Assembly (NCBI GenBank): GCA_012522015.1
Contig: JAAYLD010000032.1
Location: 8,520 to 72,519, forward strand
DNA length: 64,000 nucleotides
Reading direction: 5' to 3'
Source of the DNA: Clostridiales bacterium
GTDB taxonomy: Bacteria; Bacillota; Clostridia; Oscillospirales; CAG-272
The notes below the pieces were generated by a model. The model was given only the letters and a program-made list of their open reading frames with translations, made no database searches and was not told the DNA's origin. Below are positions 1-9,529 of the stretch, one piece after another. Both the position numbers and the translations under genes were made by a program. Every line of letters begins with the position of its first letter. The stretch's first letter is position 1.

Positions 1-2
1 AC

Positions 3-455
3 CTTTACAAAGAAATTCGTGTGAAGGGCGGCGCATACGGTCAATCGTGCAGCTTCTTACCTACAAACGGCAATGTGACATTCACTTCATACCGCGATCC
101 GCAGCTTCGTGCAACGGACAAAGTCTATAGAAAGACAGGCGACTTTATCCGCTCACTTAACATTGACGAAAAGGAATTAACAAAGCTCATAATCGGTACC
201 TTCAGCAGAATCGATTCGCCAAAATCAAGCCGCCAGAAAGCTGAGATTTCGCTTAATGCTTACCTTTCCGGAAGAAAATATGAGAGTGTTCAACGCGAAA
301 GAGAGGAAGCGCTTGACGTCACACTCGACGATCTTTGCGCACAGGCTGATTTAGTCGACGCCGTAATGGCCCAGGGATACTTCTGCACAATCGGAAATGA
401 AGCAAAACTGCGTGAAAACGCCGATATGTTCGGTGAGCTGAAAACACTGTCGTAA
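3..455 (+). CDS. C-terminal fragment of an M16-family (insulinase/PreP-like) metallopeptidase; the 5' end lies outside the window
   Basis: The frame is open from the window edge (LYKEIRVKGGAYG...). The GGAYG segment and tail look like M16C peptidases. A hairpin terminator follows. Confidence 0.55.
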   Translation, partial: LYKEIRVKGGAYGQSCSFLPTNGNVTFTSYRDPQLRATDKVYRKTGDFIRSLNIDEKELTKLIIGTFSRIDSPKSSRQKAEISLNAYLSGRKYESVQREREEALDVTLDDLCAQADLVDAVMAQGYFCTIGNEAKLRENADMFGELKTLS

Positions 456-489
456 TATTCAATTATTACAAATGTAATAAAATAATTAA

Positions 490-520
490 GGGCACCCTGT
501 CCAGGGTGCCCTCAATTTTC
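490..520. terminator. Bidirectional intrinsic terminator between convergent genes
   Basis: GGGCACCCTG / CAGGGTGCCC 10-bp inverted repeat, flanked by A/T runs on both sides. Confidence 0.7.
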
Positions 521-532
521 ATTTAAAAAGTA

Positions 533-1480
533 TTACTGCTTTTTCATTGAAAGAGCCTTTTTAGCTTTTTCAGCTATGTTCTCAGCTGTAAGACCATAAA
601 CAGAAAGAAGTTCTTTAGCAGGTCCGCTCTGACCGAAGAGATCTTCAATGCCAACGCGAACGACAGGCGTTGGACGCTTTTCAGAAAGGAGCTCCGAAAC
701 AGCACTGCCAAGTCCGCCGATAATAGTAGCTTCTTCAGCCGTTACAATAGCGCCTGTTTCAGTAGCTGCCGCAAGCACTATTTCTTCGTCAAGAGGTTTT
801 ATCGTATGAATGTTGATAACACGTGCAGAAACTCCATCTGTTGCGAGTAATTCGCGCGCACGAAGAGCTATTTCAACCATAAGGCCTGTTGCTATTATTG
901 TAACATCCGAACCCGGTGCCATTAAAATGCCGCGTCCAAGCTCAAACTTATATGTTGCCGCATCGTTCATAACGGGAACCGCAGCTCTGCCGAAGCGAAG
1001 GTAAACGGGGCCGTAGTAATTAATAGCAGCCTCAACGGCAGCACGCGCTTCAACGGCGTCGGACGGATTTATTATCGTCATTCCGGGAATTGTGCGCATA
1101 AGGGCAATATCCTCGTTGCACTGGTGTGTAGCACCATCCTCACCTACCGATATTCCGGCATGCGTCGCGCCGATTTTTACGTTAAGATGAGGATAGCCTA
1201 TTGAGTTTCTGACCTGCTCAAAGGCGCGGCCTGCAGCAAACATAGCAAATGTGGAGGCGAACGGAATGAAACCGGCCGTTGCAAGGCCTGCCGCCACACA
1301 CATCATATTCCCCTCAGCTATGCCGCAGTCAAAATGGCGATCTGGGAATGCTTTTTTAAATATTTCTGTCTTTGTTGCATTAGCAAGGTCGGCGTCAAGG
1401 ACGACGAGCTTATCATATTTAGCGCCAAATTCGGCAAGTGCCTTTCCGTATGCTTCTCTTGTAGCAATTGCTTCTGCCAT
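533..1480 (-). CDS. Transketolase, C-terminal (pyrimidine-binding plus C-terminal domain) subunit
   Basis: 315 aa. The sequence (REAYGKAL...DADL..., GIAEGNM, HAGISVGEDGATHQ) is typical of the split-transketolase B subunit. It lies 15 nt downstream of the N-terminal subunit gene. Confidence 0.9.
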   Translation of the reverse strand: MAEAIATREAYGKALAEFGAKYDKLVVLDADLANATKTEIFKKAFPDRHFDCGIAEGNMMCVAAGLATAGFIPFASTFAMFAAGRAFEQVRNSIGYPHLNVKIGATHAGISVGEDGATHQCNEDIALMRTIPGMTIINPSDAVEARAAVEAAINYYGPVYLRFGRAAVPVMNDAATYKFELGRGILMAPGSDVTIIATGLMVEIALRARELLATDGVSARVINIHTIKPLDEEIVLAAATETGAIVTAEEATIIGGLGSAVSELLSEKRPTPVVRVGIEDLFGQSGPAKELLSVYGLTAENIAEKAKKALSMKKQ

Positions 1481-1495
1481 TTTATTATACCTCCG

Positions 1496-2332
1496 TCATA
1501 TGGAAGCTCTGTAAGCTTTAAGCTCTGTAAGTGCCTGCTCGTACTGCTCCTTGTTCGGAGCTTTTCCGTGCCAGCTTGCTTGATCAAGCATATATGAAAC
1601 ACCATAGCCCTTGTGCGACTTCGCGATGATAGCTGTCGGACGCCCCTTGCACTCGCGAGCAGCGGCAAAAGCTGACTCTATCTGACAAAAATCATGTGCA
1701 TCTATATTGATAACATTCCAGCCAAAGGCGAGGAACTTTTCATCATGAGGCGTTGGGTTCATGACGTCGACTGTGCGCCCATCTATCTGAAGCCCATTAT
1801 AGTCAAGGACAAGTGTTAAATTGTCAAGCTTATAATGAGGCGCAAACATTGCCGCTTCCCAAATCTGCCCCTCTTGACTTTCACCATCACCAATGACGGT
1901 ATAGACACGGAAAGTGTCGCCCTTCAGCTTTGAGGCAAGCGCCATACCGCAAGCGACAGAGAAACCCTGTCCGAGCGAGCCTGTCGTCATATCGACACCG
2001 GGAGTGCCTTTCATATCTGGATGACCCTGCAGATGACTGCCCGTCTTGCGGAACGTTTTAAGATATTCAACGGGGAAATAACCGCGGTGGGCGAGCACCG
2101 AGTAAAGGGCGGGCGATGTATGTCCCTTTGACATGACGAAACGATCTCTATCTTCTTTGTTGGGATTGGACGGATCTATATTCATCTCGACAAAGTAAAG
2201 GTGCGTCAATATGTCCGCAATCGAGAGAGAGCCGCCCGGGTGTCCGGAGCCTGCGTTGTAAACAGCTTCAATAATGCCTATGCGGATATCGGTCGCTATC
2301 CGCCGCAGCTCTTGGATTTTTGCCTGTTCCAT
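1496..2332 (-). CDS. Transketolase, N-terminal (thiamine-diphosphate-binding) subunit
   Basis: TPP-binding GDGESQEGQIWEA motif and GHPGGSLS. I chose the start at the internal ATG (MEQAKIQELRR) because an AGGAGG Shine-Dalgarno (SD) sequence lies 9-10 nt upstream; the track ORF begins 8 codons earlier. Confidence 0.9.
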   Translation of the reverse strand: MEQAKIQELRRIATDIRIGIIEAVYNAGSGHPGGSLSIADILTHLYFVEMNIDPSNPNKEDRDRFVMSKGHTSPALYSVLAHRGYFPVEYLKTFRKTGSHLQGHPDMKGTPGVDMTTGSLGQGFSVACGMALASKLKGDTFRVYTVIGDGESQEGQIWEAAMFAPHYKLDNLTLVLDYNGLQIDGRTVDVMNPTPHDEKFLAFGWNVINIDAHDFCQIESAFAAARECKGRPTAIIAKSHKGYGVSYMLDQASWHGKAPNKEQYEQALTELKAYRASI

Positions 2333-2445
2333 TAAAACTGTGCCTCCTGTGGCCATATAATGAGCGTATAATAATCATTTTGAGCTTATTCTCAAATATT
2401 TTACTATACCCGGGGCGCATTGTCAAATGTTTTTGGCATCAGTCA

Positions 2446-2474
2446 TTGACATAATATAAATGCGCTCTTATAAT
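2446..2474 (+). promoter_or_regulatory. Sigma-A type promoter upstream of the Fur-family gene
   Basis: TTGACA (2446-2451), a 17-nt spacer, then TATAAT (2469-2474). Confidence 0.6.
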
Positions 2475-2482
2475 TAATTATA
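2469..2482. promoter_or_regulatory. Perfect 14-bp AT-rich palindrome TATAATTAATTATA overlapping the -10 box; candidate Fur-family (Zur) operator
   Basis: The sequence equals its own reverse complement. It resembles the AT-rich inverted repeats of Fur/Zur/PerR boxes, and its position implies autoregulation. Confidence 0.4.
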
Positions 2483-2520
2483 CCAAAGTGAGAATTACTC
2501 TCAACCTCGGATGTGTAAAG

Positions 2521-2949
2521 ATGGCCAGCTACGATTCTATACAGAAAAGGGCGCTGATTGATTATATGCGCCGTCATAACGATCGCCCACTGACAATCGA
2601 TGAAATCATCTCAGGCTTAACTGCGGAAGCCCACACCGGCAACTATATAGTGCCCGGTAAAAGCACTGTTTACCGCCTTATGACAAAGCTTGTTGAGAGT
2701 GGCTCTGTTAAGCGTTTTGTACGCGGCAACAGCAGGCAGTTTTTATATCAAATAACAGACGGAGACAAATGCCGCCTTCACTTTCACTTAAAATGCGATA
2801 TTTGTGGCCGCCTTTACCATATGGATGAAGAAATCTCACACAGCATAGCTGAAATTGTAGGACAGAAAAACGGTTTTACAATTGACCGCGATGAAACTAC
2901 CTTTTTTGGCCACTGTCGCAAATGCAAAAAGCCGGATATTAATGTATGA
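2521..2949 (+). CDS. zur: Fur-family metalloregulator, probably Zur (zinc uptake regulator)
   Basis: N-terminal winged-helix-like segment (QKRALIDYMRRH..LTIDEI). C-terminal HFHLKCDICG ... GHCRKCKK (HxH plus two CxxC pairs). It sits directly upstream of a ZnuABC-type operon. Confidence 0.7.
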   Translation: MASYDSIQKRALIDYMRRHNDRPLTIDEIISGLTAEAHTGNYIVPGKSTVYRLMTKLVESGSVKRFVRGNSRQFLYQITDGDKCRLHFHLKCDICGRLYHMDEEISHSIAEIVGQKNGFTIDRDETTFFGHCRKCKKPDINV

Positions 2950-3134
2950 ATGTTTTCATGCTGGCATAAAATTCTAAAAACAAAATAAAAGAAAAATGCT
3001 TACAATACAAACACATAGCCCTAAATGCAGCCGCTGATAGCATATTAGTCGGCGGCGGAGTAGATAGAATAAAACACAAATTTAATATTCCGTGAGCCGG
3101 CGACAATTAATCTGAACAAAGGTAATTAATAAAA

Positions 3135-4208
3135 ATGTATATGTTCAAATATGCCAAAGGTAAAAAGCAAGCAAAGGCACGCACAATAACTCTACTCTTG
3201 TCTATCACGGCTGTTATTTTTATTTCTGTGGCCTCTTTTGTTCTCTCCTCTTGTTCACCTTATGTCGGCAGTGATAAGTTAAAGATCGTCACAACAATAT
3301 TCCCGCCGTACGACTGGGTGCGTGTCATTGCAGGTGATGATGCTGATATAGAACTGACTCTTCTTCTTGACAGCAGAGTTGATCTTCACAGCTACCAGCC
3401 AACTGCCGCCGACATAATTGCTACATGGGAGTGCGATCTTTTCATATACGTCGGTGGTACATCTGATGCTTGGGTTGAGGATGTTCTCGCTGATGCAGGC
3501 GATAATTTAACTGCAATCAATCTGATAAAAGCGTTGGGTGATAATGTCGTGAAAGAGGAAATCGTCGAGGGGATGGAAGACGGTCACGGTCACGATGATA
3601 AAGACGACGGCGCAGGACATGGCTCAGACGCAGATAGTGGCACTCCGAGCGACCATGATGACAGCGAATACGACGAACACCTATGGCTTTCGCTTAAAAA
3701 TGCTACTGTCCTTTGTAGTGTAATAGCCGATGCGCTTGCCGATATTGACCCCGACAATGCGTCTCTTTATAAGGCAAACGCCGCCGCTTATATATCGGAG
3801 CTTGAGGCTCTCGACGCCGCTTACAAAGCGGCTGTTGATGAAGCAGCGCACAAGACTATTCTCGTATGCGATCGCTTCCCGCTGCGTTATCTTGCCGAGG
3901 ACTACGACCTCGACTACCATGCCGCTTTTCCCGGATGCTCAGCTGAAACTGAAGCAAGCTTTGAAACCATCGTTTTCCTTGCAAATAAGATTGACGAGCT
4001 GTCGCTCCCCGCTGTACTTATCATGGACGGCTCGGGCAAAAGCCTTGCGGAAACCATTATAAAAAGCGCAAAGACTAGCGCTGGCAATATATCGATACTT
4101 ACATTCAACTCAATGCAGAATATAGACTCAAAGGATATAAAAAATGGCATCACTTACCTTGATGTGATGAAATCAAACCTTGAAGTGCTTAAAAAAGCGC
4201 TCACTTGA
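3135..4208 (+). CDS. znuA: Metal (zinc) ABC transporter substrate-binding lipoprotein, cluster-9/ZnuA-AdcA type
   Basis: Lipobox LSSC. His/Asp-rich loop EDGHGHDDKDDGAGHGSDADSGTPSDHDDSEYDEH, typical of Zn-specific ZnuA. HLW motif. Confidence 0.8.
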   Translation: MYMFKYAKGKKQAKARTITLLLSITAVIFISVASFVLSSCSPYVGSDKLKIVTTIFPPYDWVRVIAGDDADIELTLLLDSRVDLHSYQPTAADIIATWECDLFIYVGGTSDAWVEDVLADAGDNLTAINLIKALGDNVVKEEIVEGMEDGHGHDDKDDGAGHGSDADSGTPSDHDDSEYDEHLWLSLKNATVLCSVIADALADIDPDNASLYKANAAAYISELEALDAAYKAAVDEAAHKTILVCDRFPLRYLAEDYDLDYHAAFPGCSAETEASFETIVFLANKIDELSLPAVLIMDGSGKSLAETIIKSAKTSAGNISILTFNSMQNIDSKDIKNGITYLDVMKSNLEVLKKALT

Positions 4209-4224
4209 CGGGAGGATACAACAA

Positions 4225-4947
4225 ATGGCGCAGTTTATATGCCGTGACGTATCGCTTGGGTACGACGGGGAAGTGATAGCCGAACACATTTCCTTTGAGA
4301 TAAACGCCGGCGACTATCTCTGTATCGTCGGTGAAAACGGTTCCGGGAAAAGCACTCTCGTACGCGCTATGCTCAAGCTTCACGAGCCAATGAGTGGTGA
4401 AATAACGACAGGAGACGGTGTTTCACGGACAGATGTCGGTTATTTGCCGCAGCAAACGGAAGTTCAACGCGATTTTCCAGCGTCGGTGCGCGAAATTGTA
4501 CTCTCCGGATTCACAGGACACCTTGGCGCAAGACCTTTTTACAGCCGCGAGCAGAAGGCTGCTGCCGTGCGCGCAATGGAGCAGCTTGGAATAGCGCATC
4601 TTGCCCGCCGCTGTTACCGCGAGCTGTCGTGCGGACAGCAGCAGCGCGTGCTTCTTGCACGCGCCCTTTGTGCGGCAAAAAAAATACTTTTGCTTGACGA
4701 ACCAGCCGCCGGTCTTGACCCGAAAGTTACAGGTGAGATGTACTCACTTATTGAAAATTTCAACCGGGAGGACGGCACAACAATTATCATGGTTTCACAC
4801 GACATTGCCGCCGCTGTTCGATATGCCACGCACATACTTCACATCGGTCACAAAAGAAACTTCTTTGGGACAAAGGAAGAATATATTAAAAGCGAAGACG
4901 GGCGAGCTTTCATTCAGCTCTCCGGAGAGGACGAAATACGGACATGA
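4225..4947 (+). CDS. znuC: Zinc ABC transporter ATP-binding protein
   Basis: Walker A GENGSGKST, signature LSCGQQQR, Walker B LLLDEP. The start is taken at the ATG preceded by GGAGGA (4211-4216). Confidence 0.85.
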   Translation: MAQFICRDVSLGYDGEVIAEHISFEINAGDYLCIVGENGSGKSTLVRAMLKLHEPMSGEITTGDGVSRTDVGYLPQQTEVQRDFPASVREIVLSGFTGHLGARPFYSREQKAAAVRAMEQLGIAHLARRCYRELSCGQQQRVLLARALCAAKKILLLDEPAAGLDPKVTGEMYSLIENFNREDGTTIIMVSHDIAAAVRYATHILHIGHKRNFFGTKEEYIKSEDGRAFIQLSGEDEIRT

Positions 4948-5807
4948 GTGTATCTTTAATCTTTGAGAAGCTTGCCCTTTATTTTGAATATCCGTTTATA
5001 CGAAATGCTCTCATTGTCGGCGTTCTCATATCGCTGTGCTCATCTCTGCTTGGCGTAACGCTTGTTCTAAAGCGCTTTTCTTTCATCGGCGACGGGCTGT
5101 CACACGTTGCTTTCGGCGCGCTGGCAGTCGCCACGGTGCTGGGTATTTCAAACGACATGATTGTAATTATACCGGTTACAATTTTATGCGCTGTACTCCT
5201 CTTAAAAAGCAGCAGCAAAGCTAAAATCAAAGGCGACGCCTCGCTTGCCATGCTTTCGGTAAGTGCGATGGCTGTAGGCTATTTAATTCTCAATGTATTT
5301 TCAACGTCATCGAACATATCCGGCGACATATGCACAACGCTTTTCGGCTCAACGTCAATTTTAACGCTTTCGCGCTCGGATGTTTGGATCAGCATTGTCA
5401 TGTCGGCAGCTGTCATCATCATTTTTCTTCTTTTTTATAATAAGATTTTCGCCGTCACGTTTGATGAGGCTTTCTCCGCCGCTGTTGGCATCAGGGCAGG
5501 TGTATACAATATGCTAATCGCCATTGTAACCGCCGTCATAATAGTTTTAGCGATGAACCTTGTCGGTTCGCTTTTGATTTCTGCCCTCGTCATTTTCCCG
5601 TCGCTTTCCGCCATGCGCGTTTATAAAAGCTTCCGCGCCGTCGTCATTTGCTCAGCTGTTCTCTCTGTTTTATGCTCAGCCATTGGCATTATAATATCAA
5701 TACTGGCATCAACCCCTGTCGGTTCTACAATAGTAATCGCCAACATTGTCACCTTCAGTATCTTTAGTGCTGTTGGTGCTCTCGTCGGTCATCGCCGCGG
5801 CGCATAA
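4944..5807 (+). CDS. znuB: Zinc/metal ABC transporter permease (ABC-3 family)
   Basis: Polytopic membrane protein with an ATGA overlap to znuC. Composition is typical of the ABC-3 family. Confidence 0.8.
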   Translation: MSVSLIFEKLALYFEYPFIRNALIVGVLISLCSSLLGVTLVLKRFSFIGDGLSHVAFGALAVATVLGISNDMIVIIPVTILCAVLLLKSSSKAKIKGDASLAMLSVSAMAVGYLILNVFSTSSNISGDICTTLFGSTSILTLSRSDVWISIVMSAAVIIIFLLFYNKIFAVTFDEAFSAAVGIRAGVYNMLIAIVTAVIIVLAMNLVGSLLISALVIFPSLSAMRVYKSFRAVVICSAVLSVLCSAIGIIISILASTPVGSTIVIANIVTFSIFSAVGALVGHRRGA

Positions 5808-5953
5808 TTACAAGGACATTTATAAATTCGTACTGCCCAGCAATCACACATACCATAAAAATTATCCAAACGAGTACGATGAAATTTAGCTTACCGGCGG
5901 TTTTGGATCATATGAAGAGGCGGACTATACGTTTAAATAGTTTTTGATAATAA

Positions 5954-5990
5954 AAAATCGGAGCTTCCGACGTGGAAAGCTCCGATTTTT
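5954..5990. terminator. Bidirectional terminator between znuB and mnmA
   Basis: ATCGGAGCTTCC...GGAAAGCTCCGAT hairpin, flanked by an A-run and a T-run. Confidence 0.7.
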
Positions 5991-6043
5991 ATTTTATAAC
6001 TACTATATCAAGCAAGCTCCAGCATTATCTTCCCCGGAGCGCG

Positions 6044-7198
6044 TCAATAAATCGCTTTGTCTATTATTCCGCCGCCGACGACGATGTCACCATCGTATAG
6101 TACTGCCGACTGACCGGGCGCGACAGCTCTCACAGGTTCATCAAATTCAACACGAACAGCTGCTTTGTTATCTTTATTGCCGGAATTGTTGTCTCCCATG
6201 CTACCTTTGTATTCATCAGAAGAGCCTGCAACATACACATATGCACCAGTTTCACGCTGACGGTATCTTGTGCGAACGCTTACGCGTATTTTTTCTCCTT
6301 TTTCTGGCTCCTCGCGCGAAATCCAGTTGAAATCACGTGCAAGAAGCGCTCCCGCATAAAGTTCGCTCTCATCCCCCAGCACGACTTCGTTTGTCGCCGC
6401 TCTTTTTTCCAGCACATAAATACGGCCTGAGGCTGAGGTGCCAAGCCCCCTGCGCTGTCCGATGGTATAATGTATGATTCCCTTATTTTCTCCAAGATAT
6501 TTGCCGTCTTTGCTTATAAATCGCCCCGGCGGGAATGTCTTGCCTGTATAGCGCTCAATAGCGGCGGCATAATTACCGTCAGGCGCGAAGCAAATATCCT
6601 GACTTTCCTGCTTTTTTGCGTTGCTAAATCCAATTTTAGCGGCAATTTCACGCACCTGCTTTTTTGTCAGTTCCCCAAGCGGGAAAAGCGTGTGCGCAAG
6701 CTCGTCCTGCGTCATTGAATAAAGAACATAGCTTTGATCTTTTGTCTCGTCGACCGCTTTTTTTAAAAGATACCTCCCATTTTCGTCGCGGCAGATGCGA
6801 GCATAATGCCCCGTCGCGATAAAATCACAGCCTAACTGTTTGGCACGCTCATAAAGCCGCCCAAATTTAAGATGTCGATTGCAGTCAATGCACGGATTCG
6901 GCGTTTCGCCCCTCATGTAAGCGTCAGCAAAACGGCCGATTACGTCGCGTTTGAAATCATCTGTGAAATTGAAGACATAGTGTTTTATGCCAAGACGCCT
7001 TGAGGCTTCTTTTGCATCCTCAACATCATCAAGAGAACAGCATGTACTACCAACGGGAATTCCCGCATCAGAATTGTCAAAAAGGCGCATTGTCACGCCT
7101 ATACATTCATAGCCTGCTTGTGTCAAAAGATAAGCGGCGACGCTTGAATCAACGCCGCCGCTCATGGCGACAAGCACCCGGCCTTTAGTTTTGCTCAT
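6044..7198 (-). CDS. mnmA: tRNA 2-thiouridine(34) synthase MnmA
   Basis: PP-loop VAMSGGVDSS and conserved CID/CNR segments. The start is set at the ATG that forms an ATGA overlap with the nifU stop. Confidence 0.9.
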   Translation of the reverse strand: MSKTKGRVLVAMSGGVDSSVAAYLLTQAGYECIGVTMRLFDNSDAGIPVGSTCCSLDDVEDAKEASRRLGIKHYVFNFTDDFKRDVIGRFADAYMRGETPNPCIDCNRHLKFGRLYERAKQLGCDFIATGHYARICRDENGRYLLKKAVDETKDQSYVLYSMTQDELAHTLFPLGELTKKQVREIAAKIGFSNAKKQESQDICFAPDGNYAAAIERYTGKTFPPGRFISKDGKYLGENKGIIHYTIGQRRGLGTSASGRIYVLEKRAATNEVVLGDESELYAGALLARDFNWISREEPEKGEKIRVSVRTRYRQRETGAYVYVAGSSDEYKGSMGDNNSGNKDNKAAVRVEFDEPVRAVAPGQSAVLYDGDIVVGGGIIDKAIY

Positions 7199-7626
7199 TC
7201 GTTTTGACAGTAGGAACAAGAATCACAGTCCGGGAAGTCACGCTTATCGTACTCAATACCGTTTCTCTTGTAGTAATCTTCTATCGCCTTTTTTATGGCT
7301 TCCTCGGCAAGCACGGAGCAGTGAATCTTATGCGCCGGAAGTCCGTTAAGTGCCTCGACAACAGCTTTGTTTGTCAGCGAAAGAGCCTCTATGAGCGGCT
7401 TGCCCTTTATCATTTCAGTCGCCATTGAGCTTGCGGCGATTGCAGAGCCACATCCAAAGGTTTCAAACTTTACGTCGGTTATTACTCCATCGTTAATCTT
7501 GAGGTACATTCTCATGATGTCGCCGCACTTTGCGTTTCCTACTTCGCCTACGGCGTCAGCATCCTCAATGACGCCGACATTGCGAGGATGCCTGAAATGA
7601 TCCATTACAGTTTCACTGTATAACAT
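7195..7626 (-). CDS. nifU: Fe-S cluster assembly scaffold NifU/IscU-like
   Basis: MLYSETVMDHFRHPRNVG, NAKCGD and FGCGSAIASSS scaffold cysteines. The start is set at the internal Met; the track ORF is extended 27 codons upstream. Confidence 0.9.
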   Translation of the reverse strand: MLYSETVMDHFRHPRNVGVIEDADAVGEVGNAKCGDIMRMYLKINDGVITDVKFETFGCGSAIAASSMATEMIKGKPLIEALSLTNKAVVEALNGLPAHKIHCSVLAEEAIKKAIEDYYKRNGIEYDKRDFPDCDSCSYCQNE

Positions 7627-8803
7627 ATTCCCTTTTCCCCTCCACAAGGTCTCTCCAAACGGGAGACATATTGCGCAGGTGCTCGACGACCTGCAGCACT
7701 TTTTCAAGTATATAATCTACTTCTTCTTGAGTGTTCTCTTCCGAAAGCGTCAGGCGAAGCGATCCATGTGCTATCTCATGCGGACGACCGATGGCAATCA
7801 GCACATGGCTCGGATCAAGCGATCCGGACGCGCAAGCCGACCCAGACGAAGCCTGAATTCCATATTCATCTAAGAGTAGGACAATAGATTCTCCCTCAAC
7901 GCCCTCAAAGCAGAAGTTGACGTTGCCCGGCAAACGGCGTTTTGCGTCACCATTTAAAATAGAATGCGGTATTTTTGACAGCCCTTCAATCAGCCTGTCC
8001 CTCATCGCCATGATTTTTGGCGCTACGACATTCATATTTTCGCATGCTTCGTAGAGTGCCGCCGCCATTCCCATTATACCGGGTACGTTTTCTGTGCCTG
8101 GACGACGGTTACGCTCCTGCTCACCACCTTCTATAAGCCTGGTGAGCGGCACGCTGCGGCGAACGTAAAGAGCCCCTACTCCCTTAGGTCCGTGGAACTT
8201 ATGCGATGATATTGAAAGCATATCGACATTGTCGCGGACTACATTTATTTCAATATGCCCTGCTGCCTGCACAGCATCCGAATGGAATATGACACCACGC
8301 TCACGGCATATAGCACCTATCTCAGCTATTGGCTGTATCGTGCCGATTTCGTTGTTTGCGTACATAACCGTGACAAGAGCTGTGTCTGGACGTATAGCTT
8401 CCGCGACAGCTTCTGGTGTAATAATACCATTCTCCGGCACATCAAGCAGTGTAACCTCAAATCCCTGACGCTCAAGCTTTTTCAGCGTATTCATAACGGC
8501 ATGATGCTCAATCGCCGTAGAAATGATATGCCTTTTATTTTTACGTCGACCTGCCTCGACGGCAGACATAATAGCCTGATTGTCGGATTCTGTGCCACCA
8601 GAGGTAAAATATATCTCACGCGGCTCAGCACCGATACACGCTGCAATCTTTTCTCTTGCTTCATAAAGCGCTTCCGCTGCCCTCTGACCTACTGAATGGA
8701 GACTCGACGGGTTACCGTACATCTCATCGAAATATGGAAGCATTGCGCGCAGCGCTGTGCGGCTAACCCTTGTCGTTGCCGCGTTATCGGCATATACGTT
8801 CAT
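7613..8803 (-). CDS. nifS: Cysteine desulfurase NifS
   Basis: PLP lysine motif SSHKFHGPKGVG and catalytic loop SSGSACASG. It lies upstream of nifU. Confidence 0.9.
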   Translation of the reverse strand: MNVYADNAATTRVSRTALRAMLPYFDEMYGNPSSLHSVGQRAAEALYEAREKIAACIGAEPREIYFTSGGTESDNQAIMSAVEAGRRKNKRHIISTAIEHHAVMNTLKKLERQGFEVTLLDVPENGIITPEAVAEAIRPDTALVTVMYANNEIGTIQPIAEIGAICRERGVIFHSDAVQAAGHIEINVVRDNVDMLSISSHKFHGPKGVGALYVRRSVPLTRLIEGGEQERNRRPGTENVPGIMGMAAALYEACENMNVVAPKIMAMRDRLIEGLSKIPHSILNGDAKRRLPGNVNFCFEGVEGESIVLLLDEYGIQASSGSACASGSLDPSHVLIAIGRPHEIAHGSLRLTLSEENTQEEVDYILEKVLQVVEHLRNMSPVWRDLVEGKREYVIQ

Positions 8804-8953
8804 TTTGATATAACTCCTTTTAATATGCTGCTCAACTGTGCTTGTTATATGTAGGTATATACATCATGCAAAGGATAAAATAATTGCGGCGTGATGTATC
8901 ATACTTATATGCTGTCAAGCATGAATAAAACAGTTTTGTTTTTTCACTTCTTA

Positions 8954-8982
8954 ATTATAAACAGTATATCCTACCTTGTCAA
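8954..8982 (-). promoter_or_regulatory. Sigma-A type promoter for nifS-nifU-mnmA
   Basis: On the minus strand: TTGACA (8982-8977), a 17-nt spacer, then TATAAT (8959-8954). Confidence 0.6.
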
Positions 8983-9100
8983 TAGGATTTATAAATTTTT
9001 ACAAAATAAAAAATTTGCCTTCGATTTTATCTTCCCGATGACGGTGACAGATTATTAGTTGACGCTGCTTCTCTTTACAATATTACTATCCACATTATTG

Positions 9101-9511
9101 TTATACGTTCCCGTCAAGCACATCGCGCAGCGTTATACTGTCAAGATAAGAGCTTACAATGCTCTCAAGCTTAATCCACACAGGAAGCGTCAGACACCTA
9201 TCGGCACGCTCACATCCGTACGGGTTATTTTCAAGGCATGAGACAGGCGCAACGGATCCTTCAGCAAGCTTGACTATTGAGCCGACCGTATATTCCTCCG
9301 GACGCCTTGTCAGCTTGTAACCGCCGTCCTTTCCGCGCATACTCTCAACGAAGCCTGCCTTGTTAAGATTCATAATAATCGCTTCAAGATACTTTACCGA
9401 TATTTCCTGACGCTCCGATATTTTTTTAAGTGAAATATAACCCTCTCCCTCATGCTGCGACAAATCGAGCATTATCTGCAGAGCATATCTCCCTTTTGTC
9501 GAAATCATCAT
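9101..9511 (-). CDS. Rrf2-family transcriptional regulator (IscR/CymR-like)
   Basis: The N-terminus STKGRYALQIMLDL... is typical of Rrf2 family members. Cysteines are present in the C-terminal half. It is adjacent to the nifS operon. Confidence 0.85.
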   Translation of the reverse strand: MMISTKGRYALQIMLDLSQHEGEGYISLKKISERQEISVKYLEAIIMNLNKAGFVESMRGKDGGYKLTRRPEEYTVGSIVKLAEGSVAPVSCLENNPYGCERADRCLTLPVWIKLESIVSSYLDSITLRDVLDGNV

Positions 9512-9529
9512 GGCATTACATTTCCTCTT

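Noticed and set aside
1251-1668. Several 87-116-aa ORFs overlapping the transketolase genes, and similar nested ORFs throughout the track.
   Set aside because: They are fully nested in, or antisense to, confidently identified genes. They have no independent start signals or recognisable motifs.
533-2332. Whether transketolase is a disrupted pseudogene, since it is encoded as two ORFs.
   Set aside because: Separate N- and C-terminal subunit genes are a well-known native arrangement in many anaerobes. Both ORFs are complete, with their own start, and the second gene has its own SD.
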